A stretch of 64,000 nt of DNA, from NCBI GenBank assembly GCA_004431415.1, contig QPMI01000071.1, positions 186,001 to 250,000 of the forward strand. The letters run 5' to 3'. The position numbers were made by a program, and so were the translations under genes. Below, one piece after another: positions 21,038 through 32,300 of this stretch. Below the pieces are notes generated by a model. That model was not told the origin of the DNA and made no database searches. It saw only the letters and a program-made list of their open reading frames with translations. Positions within the stretch are counted from its first letter, which is position 1. Each line of letters opens with the position of its first letter. The DNA comes from Cyanophora paradoxa CCMP329. Lineage: Eukaryota; Plantae; Glaucophyta.

Positions 21038-22250
21038 TTTTTTTTTTTTGGTGAATTACCGGCCACAGTCTCTAGACACCAGCACTGCGGGGGCTGCCCA
21101 GGGGGCATAAAGACAAAAAAGCAAAATAACTAAGACAAGAGCACGAAGAAAGATAAGACAAAGAGCCAAAATCGACAATAAAAAAGGAAAGACACAGAGC
21201 TCGAGACAGATCGATAGCGAGAAGAGACGATAAATCGAGCAGATCTAGGGACAGAGGATAACTGACACGAAGAAGAGCCAGAGCTAGAGATACCATCAAT
21301 ATCAGAAGGAATTACATCACTAAGAAGCGGGGGACAAAATTGAGAAAGATAAATAACAGGAAGAAGACAAGTAAGAGGAACAACAAGACGACATGGAGGC
21401 GGAGGCGAAGCAGGACGATGCGAAAGGGCAGAGCTACGGCACGAGGTCGAGGAGGACACAGGAGGCGGAGCAGGCGGATCAAGAGCAGGCAAAAGGACAG
21501 TCAAAGGAATCACTAAAGCCGGCCAGGGTCGAGGCGGGCAATCGAACTGCAAACGACGGCGAACAACAGGTCGAGCACGAGGACTATAGCTAGTATTGAA
21601 ACTAACTCTAGCATCAACACTACGATCAGAATCCGAACCAGACCGAACTAAACTAGAAGACGAAGAAGTACGCCGGCGCCGGCGGGATACGATCGCGACC
21701 AGCGAAGCAGAAGACGAAGGCAAAGGCGGCAGTCCGGTATCAAGAACAAAGGCCGGAGGGTCCGGCCGGCAAACCGCCGGGGGAAGTAGAAGGAGCCGCA
21801 GGCTCGGCAAGCCGGCGACGGGTACGACCACGAGTCCGGGAGGAGATCGGGGAAGCCGGTCCCGGAGCTGAGGGCCCAGGAGCAGAGCCAGGAGAAGGTA
21901 AGCCCGGCGAGAAATCTGACCCGGAGCCGGAACCCAGCGAACGACGACGACGAAGAGGCCCCGAGGAGCCACGACGGGGGAGCTACCGAGCAAAGTACTG
22001 ACAGCCGGCGCCGAACACGGCGGCGGAGGTACCCCGCAGACAGTGGCAGGCGGAGAGTCCAGGGTCGATCGAGAGATCCGCCGACGGGAATGCGGCGGGG
22101 GCCGACGAGACGGAAGAGGCCTAGGCGAGGAGGGGGCCGAGGAAGGGTCGGAGGCAGGGGAAGGGCCGCGAGCAGGTGACGGGGATCGCTGCCGGCGCCG
22201 AAGAGAGGGCAGCGAAGCTGGAGAAAGGTCGGGTGGCGCCGGATCAGATG
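21038..22250 (-). mobile_element. Possible 3' remnant of a poly(A)-tailed retroelement
   Basis: T12 at 21038-21049 (poly(A) on minus) abuts a ~1.2-kb block with strong purine/pyrimidine strand skew that lacks the palindrome-rich texture of its flanks. No RT motif or TSD seen; the right boundary is approximate. Confidence 0.35.
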
Positions 22251-23310
22251 AGTTGCAACTTGCAACTTGCGGCGGCGACTTAATTACTCGCGGCTAGCTA
22301 GCTAGCGCTTAAGGAGGGCGCACGGGTTCTACTCTACCCGGGGCGACTTCTCAGCACAGAATTCCCTCGGTACCACGGTAGTACGGGGGCGCCGGCGGTA
22401 CCGACGTCGACCCGGCCGGCGACGGCATTAATAATGCCCAAATTCATGCAGCAGCCAAATTCAATAATTCTGACTGACCGAACGGCCCGCGGCGGACCCT
22501 AGCCGGCCCTGCGGCTGGTAGCCGCAGGCCCGCAGTGCAGGCCCGGCCTGGCTCGTCGGCTCGAGCCGGGCCGGCTCGAGCGGCGTCGAGCCACGCTAGC
22601 CTACCGTATACGTGCCTATAGCTAGTAGGCTAGCGGCCGCTGAGCATGCGCAGCCTACCGGTACCGACAGGCTACCGTACTTCAAAGCCTTGCAATTGAA
22701 GGCTTGGCAACTCACTGAGTCAATAGCAAGTACGTACGGTAGTACTACGGTAACGGTACTACCGTAGTGCGGTAGCGCGGGCTGTGCGGCGGCACTGCGG
22801 CCTACTCAGAGTCAGTGACTAGGCTACTAGCGCGGCGGCCGCCGCCCCGGGCCGGGCGCGGGCCCGCGCGCGCGGGCGCGCGCCATCATGGCATGGCGCC
22901 GGCCAGCCTCCAGGGCCCGGGCCGCGGCCCGCGGGTACGGTTACTACGGTAGTATACCGGTAGCTCAGCCCGGCTTTGAAGGCTTTCTAAGACCAGCATG
23001 CCATGATGAGGATCCTAGCTATAGCTCATGCTAGTCTAGTAGCTTAGTAGGTTCGTTGAGAGTTCCGGTCCGGTCGCACATGCGTCGGTGTATATACGTG
23101 CGTGTTGGTGTATATATGCGTGCGTGATCTGCGGTGCGTCGATGTTGGTCGCATCGTTTGGAGAGCCGTAGACCTCTAGGCCGAGACGCGGATGCGCAGT
23201 GCACAACGCACGGCCTAGCTGGTCTCGCTGCAGGCCTCCCTCGTCGCTGCGGCGCTGGCAGTGGATATGCAGTGTTATGCACAACCCTTAGCGTCATCAT
23301 CAGCATAAGC

Positions 23311-26300
23311 ATGCACGGCAGGAGCATGGGCGGGCGCAGCGTCGGCAGCAGCGCTATAGCTAGCGTCGACGGGCTCAGCGTCGGATGCGCACCCGCGGCC
23401 GTGGCTCGCTCCTCATACATGCATATGCATATGCACGCGGGACATCGGCCGCGGCAGCGTCTGCGGAGGCGCACACGCATCCAGGCGCTTGTGCTCCTTA
23501 AGCTTGCATTCGGTGTGCACCGTTCGTGCCTAAAGCTATCTCGTCTGCGAGCGCGCGCCGTTAGTCCCGCTGACTGCTTTCGTCCGCGCCGCGCTCAGTT
23601 TGCGCAGTGCAGTCGACATGGCTTCTTCCTGTCGCAGCGCAGGTATCTATAGCTATGACCGCGGCGCTGCCGCCGGCCGCGCGCGCTCGCATGGCCATGC
23701 AGCTAAGAAGCGCGACCCGGCCCGCAGGATGCCGAGGCGCCGGTGCAAGCGAGCTACGCGGCGCACGGGTCTAGCCATGGCCGTGGACTGCCGCGATCGG
23801 GCCGCGTCCTCGCAGCGGCGCCGGTGGTGCCGGACGCCACTTCTTCGCTGGATTGCCAGCCGCGGGAGGTAGACGTTGCAGCGAGCCTGTCCTGCACCCT
23901 CACGCCCCGCGCTGCGGTCTCCGGATCTTCCGTTATAATTAGCGCCCCGGCGGCTTCTTTCATGATCTACCCGCCCTCCGGCGCCCCTTTCAACCTTTCC
24001 ACCCTTTCCGTTCCCGCCTCGGGCGAGAGCTTTGTCTTCTCGCTCTCCCCTGGCGCTCTGTCGGGCCCGCTCTCCGTCGCGGCGGCTCCGATGGGGGGCG
24101 CGTGGAACGTCTCTGTTCCGGTCACTGTCACGGCGGTCCCCGACGAGACCACGACCGTCGAGGTCAACGAGGGCGCAGCGCTCGCCGCCGGCACAACGGC
24201 GCAAGCGACCATCGTCCTGCGCCGCCGCGGGAGCCCCGCCTACGCGAGGCGCGCAGCGATCGCCTCCGTCTCGGCCTCCGGAGCGCTCGCCTCGGCGTCC
24301 CTTGCGGGCGGAGCCTCCGGCTACACGTACACCCTCACCGCGACAGTCACCGCGGGGCCCACATCGGCGACCGGGACCCTGACCCTCGCCCTTACCCTCG
24401 CTTCCGGCTCCGGCGCCGTCGTCGTTTCTGCAACGCAGGTCGTCGTCTACAGTGCGCCCCGCCCCGCCCGGCCTCGAGAACGAGACAATAGCGGCAATTT
24501 CTAGCTCGCTCGTTTAACTTGGGGCCTGCAGGCACGCCCGACATCACAAGCTATGCGGACTGCCCGGGCGAGTTCGCGGTCGTGAACGGCCCCTTGACGT
24601 GCACCATCCACGCCCGCGCCAGCGCCACGCCAATCTACGCTCTCCGCTCTGAGTTCCTGAAGCCGGCCGCGCTGGCGGACAACACAGCGCTGGTCAGCAT
24701 CGGAGAGTTGGAAGGGCCCGTGGCGGCGCGCACGTTTACGGCGACGTTCCTCTTTCTGAGCTCCGGATTCGGATCTGAGGAGAACGGATTCCGCTTCTTC
24801 CTTAGAGACACGCGCTTCATTCCGATTAGCATTCGCGGATCGCCTCTCGCGATTGGCGACCCTAACCTCTATATCGTGCTCGTCAAAGGTGCGTCAACTC
24901 TTTACCTTCGTTGATTACTAGGGATATTCTCTTACTTACTTTTCCCAGATCGCATCGAGGAGGCTGCGTTCGAGTGCCCGTCGAGAGACCTGTTTGTCGG
25001 CGAGTCGTCAACCTGTACGCTGTACCCAAAATCGATGCTGGAGGCGGGGAACCCGCCCGTCGTAGTGCCATTCGGAAACAATTTCAACCCTCTCGAGTCG
25101 AACTTGGACGTTCTCCAGGTCCGCAAATCAAAAACATTAATGACGAGTGCTGGAACTAATGTGGATTTCCTGCAGTTCGTCGGGTGGCCCGCGTCTGGAA
25201 ATCAGTCCTCGGCCTTTCCCATCCGCATTGGCGCCGGGAGCAATCCCGGGAACGCAACGCTTCGCCTGCAAGTCAGGGGACAGCTCTCGAAAGTGCTCGA
25301 GCAGACCGTTTTCGTATGGTAGGCCCTGATCATTTCTTTTCGACCCAGCCCGCTGCAGTCTCGCCTCTTATTTCTTTCGCAGGTCGCTGCCCGACAACAC
25401 GTCCGAAGTCAGCTGCCCGCTGTCGACTCCGGTCGCGAGGGGCGCCCCCCTTTCGGTGTCCTTCGAGGCCCGGTCGGCGGGCCAGGCCCTCGCGTCCGTC
25501 CCGTGGGCCTTCGCCGAGTCTGGCTTCTCAAGGGCCGAATCCGCGGGCGAGATGTTCTTCGAGCCCGAGGAGACGGGTACGCGATTCGACGCGGAGGCGA
25601 GGTGGGTCGAGGACGTGCCGTACCCGAGCGACTTCTTCACTTTCGATCTGAGCACGTCGAGCGTCCCAACGGGCCCCGCGCGCCTCGCCGCGCGCCTCGC
25701 CCTCTCCCCGCAAGACTCCCTTCTCTCTTCCTGCCCCATCTTCCTCTACGGTGCTTTTTAATCCCTTTTAGTTCGGCCCATCCATCCATGACATCTGACC
25801 CCGCGACCTTCTTGCGCAGACATTGCCGACAATTCCTCGGAGATTTCGTGCCCCCAGTCGCTCGTCAAAGCTTCGACCATGATGAACTGCTCCGTCGTGC
25901 TGCGCCGGTGAGCTGAAGCCTGATTTAAGATGCTGCTTCTGCTGATGCGCTTGCGCGCGCAGGTTGGACGAGCCCGTCCACGGGTTCTTCGCGTCGCTGG
26001 AGGGGCTGACTTCCACGGGCACGCCCGTCACCATCGCCGACTGGGCCCCGCCGGCCGACGGAGCCCCGCGGCGCTCGTTCCCGTTCGGACTCTTCGCCAC
26101 CGACGCGACAGGGCCGGCCGCGATCGACGTACCCGCCTCCAGCGGCCTCCTCGCGCCCCTCAGCTTCCCCCTCGTCGTCTACGGTGCGTTAAATGTTGCA
26201 CCCCTCTTCCTATCCACCTCTAAAGCTATCTCTAACGCTACCGCCGCGCAGATGACGCGGACGAAACGACCACCCTGGACTGCGCGGGCGCCGCGTTCGT

Positions 26301-29300
26301 CGTGGCGGCCACCGTGAACTGCACCGTGCAGCCGCGGAAGGCCGGGCGGGTCGTGTACAGCCCGTCGGACTCCTTCACTCTGGAGCTGCGGCCCGTCGAC
26401 TCCGGCGCGGGGGCGGGGGCGCGCCGGCTGCACCAGGCGATCGTGCTGCCCCTGCCCAGCGGCGTGGCCAACGCGTTCCCCGTCTCGTTCGTGGCGCCGG
26501 ACAGCGGGTCCTACGAGCTCCGCCTCGGCGTCGGGACCGGCGCGGGCGCAGGAAGCGTAAGCGGGGCGGCGCCCGTCCTGCTGCCCGTCGAGACGCAGGT
26601 CGTTCTGGCCGGCCTGCAGTTCACCGTCCCGGCCTTGCTCGGCCTGCCGGACCCGCTGCGGGTCTCCGCCAGCCTGGCGGCGGGCACGGACACGGTCTAC
26701 CGATGGGACTTCGGCGACGGGGCGACGGCGCTCGGCGCGGAGGCGACGCACCTGTACTCGGCGAACGGGACGTACGTCGTGGCGCTCACGGTCGAGAACA
26801 GCGTCAGCGCGCTGCGCGCCAACCGGACGGTCCTCGTGGAGGCGCCCATCGAGGGCCTCGCCCTAAGCTCGGGATCGCCCGTCGCCTGGAAGGCCGCCGC
26901 GCAGCTCCGCGCGTCCGTCACGCGCGGGAGCAACGTCGAGTTCACGATCCGCGTCCTGGACGCGGGGCGCGCGAGCCCGCCCTACGTCTTCTCCGCGCCC
27001 TCGGCGACGTTCCGGTGGCCGGACCGCGGGACGTACCGCGTGGAAGTGGAGGCGCGCAACGCGGTCTACGTCAAGACCATCACAGAGCCCGTGTCCATCG
27101 GTCCGTATTCACAATCTTCACTTAGCTTCTTAAGCTTCTTCACTCTATTTACAGTTTTCATTTAAGCTTAACCTTCTTCTTCAGAGCCGTTCGACCTCCT
27201 TGCTTTGAACCCCGCCTCCATCCCTTCCAGGGGCCAGGTCCACTTTCCATGTTTACTCGCAACACTTTGCAACACTTTGCCGATGTACGCGCCCTCGCAG
27301 GAGTCGATCACGATCCTCGGCCGCCGCTTCGTCGACGGTTACGCGCTGCGCTGCCTCTTCGACTACGAGAACAAGTTCGCGTCGGCGAGGTTCCTATCCA
27401 GCGAAGCGATCGCCTGCGTGTACGCACTTTTCCGACATTTCTATTTCCACGTTTCGTCGTCGTCTAGACGCTGAGCTCGCGGTTGCGGCGCGCGCGCAGC
27501 GTGCCGGGCCACCCGGCCGGGAACATGACAATCACCGTGGCGTACGACACGGAGGTGCCGAACCCGGACGACACGCTCGCCCTGGCCTACACCTGTGCGT
27601 GCGGAAACCCGGAAATCTTGGCGCGGTTTGTTAGCTGAACCGCTCGCAGCGTGCCCTCCTGGGCAGTACCAGACAGTGCGCCTCGAAGGCTGCTCTTATC
27701 TGTGTTCTTCTTTCATCTGACCCGCACGGCTCCCGCCAGAGCTTCCTCTTCGCGTGCCAGCCGTGCGATCCGGGCACGTACAGCCCGGACGGAATCATCG
27801 GAAAGTGCCCGTTCTGCCCGGTGCGGTCATCGGAGCCGACCAAAATCGAAGCAGATGGGACTGGCTGACTTTGGTTTGTTTGTCTGCTCAGGACGGGACA
27901 TACCAGCCTTCGCCCGGGCAGTCCGATTGCCTCTCGTGCCCCGCGAACGCCGGCACAACGGCCGGCGCGTCCCGCGCGGACCAGTGCGTCTGCAGGCCCG
28001 GTACGCCCTTCAGAGAAATTTGTGTCGTCTGCGCCTTCCGAAACCGCCTTCTTAGGGTACTGGGGTACGGCGTTTCTCGGCGACGGCTGCATCACGTGCC
28101 CCGATGGCACGGACTGCACCCGCTCGAACACCACGTACCCCCCTGCAGTGCCCGGCCGCTGGATCTCGCGGTGCGCGATCACGAGAGCAGAGCAAAGCGC
28201 AGGCGCTGCCTGTGTTCGCTCACGTGGCTGATATGGGTTCGCAATTGGAATGCAGATTGGATGCCACTGTGTCCCTCTTCTGCGATCCTCCCGAGGTACG
28301 GGCGAGGCGACCGTTCCTCCTCTGCGATGCGATCTGAATTCGCGCAGGCGTGCCCTGGCGGGATACAACAATGCGAGGACGGTTACAGGTGCGGGCAGAT
28401 CTGATGCTCTTTGCCTCGCAATCACTGCCACGAAGTGATTGTAATCTTTCAGCGGCTTCCGGTGCGGGGAGTGCAAACTGGGACACTACCGCGTGAATGG
28501 AGAGTGCAACGGTGCGGATTTCGACTCTCTGTTAACGTTGCACGCTCGGCTGTGGTTGCAGTCGTAGTCGTTGCTGACTCGGTGAACGCGCTCTCTGTTC
28601 GTCCGGCGTCTGTACATGCGCGCAGCGTGCTCGGGGAAGGAGCCGCCCTTCATTGGCATCGTCGCCGTGCTCCTGGCCCTCCTCTTCTTCTACTGTATCT
28701 ACTCCGCCCGAAGCTTCTCCCGCGTGCGTGCACTCTAAATTCTGCCCTAGAACCTAGAAAGCTATAATAAATAAAGTCTCCCCTAGAATCTAGAACCTAG
28801 AAAGCTATAATAAATAAAGTCTCCCCTAGAATCTAGAACCTAGAAAGCTATAATAAATAAAGTCTCCCCTAGAATCTAGAACCTAGAAAGCTATATAATG
28901 ATATCTAAAGTCTCCTCGTCCTCCTCTTCTTCGCGTGACCATGAGATCGAGCGAGCGAAGCCGCGTTGGCTCGACGTTGGCTCGAAGGCGCCGCAATGGC
29001 ACCGAAATTGAACCCGCTCCGCTCCGCGCAGACGAACAAGCTGAACGACTTCGCCCAACTTCTAGAGCTCTTCCAAAGTGCGTTCGATTTCCTACAATTT
29101 CGATGCGATTCCGGCAATTTCGCCGCCGCAAGCGTCGGCGTCGAGCCAACGCGGCTTGAGCGTTGATGGATCTCGCCCGCGCTCGCCTCTCAAACATTAA
29201 TGCGTATTCGCTTCTGGCGAGTTCCCGTCTGACATTCGTTCTCTCAGCGTTCGCGCTCATCGGCCAGAGCCGGCTCAACTGGCCCCCAATTCTCAGCATC

Positions 29301-32300
29301 CTCTCCGGCTGGCTCACCGCACTCAACCTCAACCCTCAGGTGCGGCCCCCCACTCTTCTTTGCATCCTTTCCTATTCGCTTGTCTATATTTCTCTTTGAA
29401 CGAATCTGATAAACATCACCCGCCGCAGATCGCGCGGCCGCAGTGCTCAAGTGCGATCACGTCTTTTTCGTTTATCCTTCGCTTTGACTGACCTTTTTCG
29501 ATCTCAGTCGGTGCCGCCGGTGCCGCTGAGGCGTTCTTCCTGCAGTGGAAGCTCACCCTCGCGGCGCCCCTCATCCTCATCGGCTTCGGAGTGTTCCAGG
29601 CCCGTTCTACTCGGTTACAATGACCTTATGATACTTATACTTTATATAAAATATAATAATAAGTTACCTTTCTTGTTCTTGCTCACATTTGAGCAGGTTG
29701 CGTTCCTGTTCGCGTGGTCGCGCTGCGCGTGGCGTGTCTACGGCGCCCTCCGGCGCGTCTTCCCGAGGCTTCCCAGCCTCGAGGACGACGAGAAGAAACC
29801 CGACGGCGCCAAAGAGATTAAGGGCGACAAGACGCCCCAGATGATTACCAAGGAAGTCTCCGTCGCGGATTCGAACTCGGACTGGCGTGCCGGCGAGTTC
29901 GACCGCCTGAGCCGTGACCGGGACACGGACCGGGACGACGTCGTCTCGACGTCGAGCCGCGTCCCCGACTCCGAGGCGCGCGCCTCGTACCGCCTGCCGC
30001 CGGAGACCTGCATCGAGCTCCTCGACGGTGCGCCGCAGCGCCTGCGGGTTCGAGGCAATTCTTCGGCGACCCTTTAATACAGTCGATTCTTTCTAGGATC
30101 GAAGCTGCTTCAAAGCAGATTTCTTTAGGCTGCCGAAGGCTTGATGTTTAAAGCTCTTCTGATTCCGTTTCCGGCAGGGATGGAGGCGATCCTGCAGCGG
30201 GTGCGGGCGGCGCGCAAGGAGGCCTCGCTGGAGGCCACCAGGGCGGACGACAGGCGCCTCGCAAGGGCGGCCGAGGAGCTCGAGCGGATCGTCGGGCCCG
30301 AGGTGAGCGTGCCCCGCCTAAGGATTCTTAGGAGAGCAAAGCTTAGGCAACTTTGAGCTTGAGCAATCTTAAGAAAGCAAAGCTTGAACAACTTCGTAAG
30401 GTCTAAGAAGAACCTCGAAGCCGCCCCCTCGAGCCGCGCGCGCTTTCTGATGGTACCGTCTCGCAGGCTCTGACGGGCGGGACGCTGCCCTCCCCCGCGC
30501 CCCCCGCCTCGCGGGACGTCGCCGACCGCCTTTGGAAGGTGACCCACGCGCTCCTTTCTATCTAGAGTCTAAAAACATTTTTAAGCTTGAAAGCGTCTTA
30601 GAATCGTAAGGTTGCAATTGCTTTTAGTCAAGCTCTGGGAAGCAGCTATCACTAGAATCGTGAGAGCATCTAGCTTCGATCTTAGAGTCTAGCGCCCGCT
30701 CAGAGCGTCTTTTAGTCAAGAGAAAATCTTGGAAGCCGCGTCCTCTAACGCCGCCTCTCGTGCAGGCCATCTCGACGCTGCGGGACATCCCCTCGAGCGA
30801 GTTCGCGGCGCTCCCGGCGGAGGCCGGCCGCGCCCAGGTGCCCGAAGATGTCCTAAGACAGATAGAAAGGTCGACGGGTAGAAAGATAGAAAGGCCGCTC
30901 AGCTACCTATCTAAGAAAGATAAGATAGAGCCGCGCCCAGGTGCCCGCGCTCGCTCAGCGGGCCGGGGCTCGAAGATTTCCTAAGACAGATAGAAAGGCC
31001 GCCACTCCGCTTCTCTCTGATCAACCCTTCTCTCTGCGCAGCGGGCGCTGCGGGCGCTGCGGCCGGAGCCGCCGGCGACCCCCGTCTACGAGCTGCCCGA
31101 GCGCCTGGGGTGGGCCTGCGACGACCTCGTCGTCACCATCTCAGACGCGTGCGCCTTGATTGATTTTTAAGCTATTTTGCGCATAAGTTCTATTAGGCGT
31201 GGCTTAAAATTGCTAAGTTCCATTAAGCTTTCTTCTCTGAAGCTTAGTTCCATTAAGCTTTCACCATCTCCGACGCGTGCACCTTTATCGATTTCGAGTT
31301 CCTTTACATTGAGAAGCTCCATTAAGTGTGCCTTGATGTTGTTAAGCTTACGATCCGGTCGCGAAGGTACGCGTTCGGATCCGTCGCGGCCGAGTCAGAC
31401 GACGAGGCGGCCGAGGGCGCCGTGGTTCGCCCGCCTGTGCACTTGCGCCTTCTTTCGATATATTTGCTTGACCATCGCTAACCGGAACTCCCCGCTGACG
31501 AACTCGAAGATTCAGGTGCCGCAGGGCCCCGACCCACGGCTTGCCTGGTGCGTGGAATTGACTACCGCCCGCGCCCGCTCAGCAATCTATCTATCTATCT
31601 ATCTAACCCTCCGTCTATCTGCTCTCTCAGGTGCGCGGAGGAGGCGACGGCGCTGGCGTGCTCGGACCCGAGCACCGTCTTCGCGGAGCGCGTGCGGCTC
31701 CTCGTCCAAACCGCCTCCGACTTCGAGGTCCGCTTGAGACGACCCGGAGATCGCGCTTGACCTAGCGATAAGCTTAAAAATGACCGAGAGATCGCGCTTG
31801 AAATGACCTAGAGATCGCGCTTGACCTAGCAATAAGTTTATTCTGTGTCCCCTCCTATCCCAAGTTTCTAATGTTTGCTGTGCTGTAGTTCCAACGCTTA
31901 AGCTCGCTTAGCTTCTTAGCATCACATAGCTCTGTGCTATAGTCAAAGCGAGCTGCTCGCCCGTTCCGTCCTCTGATGCCGCGCGCGCAGACGGCCGACT
32001 TCCGGACGGAGAAGCACGCGCCGCTGGCGGCGCGCCTCGACGGCGCCCTCACGCACCTCTACGAGCTCTGCGTCCTCCACTCCTTCAAGCCCGACGTGCG
32101 TTTTATCTTTGATTCTCATAGGGCCTTCGATTATTTCAATGCTCTTGTTCTCATTCTTCTTGTTCTCCGCAGGGACCAAACGAGGACGAGGGGAGGCGGG
32201 AGGGCCTCCTCGCCGCGGCGGGCCGCCGGCTCCGCCGCATCGGGGGCAAGGTCCTCGGCTGATTTTAATCTCGATTCTCATAGCGCCTTAGCTGATTTTA

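Noticed and set aside
21130-22297. ORFs of 205-287 aa as protein genes
   Set aside because: Low-complexity Arg/Pro/Ser translations of skewed GC-rich DNA with no domain motifs.
28747-28895. CRISPR-like repeats
   Set aside because: Head-to-tail identical units with no unique spacers; this is an intronic minisatellite.
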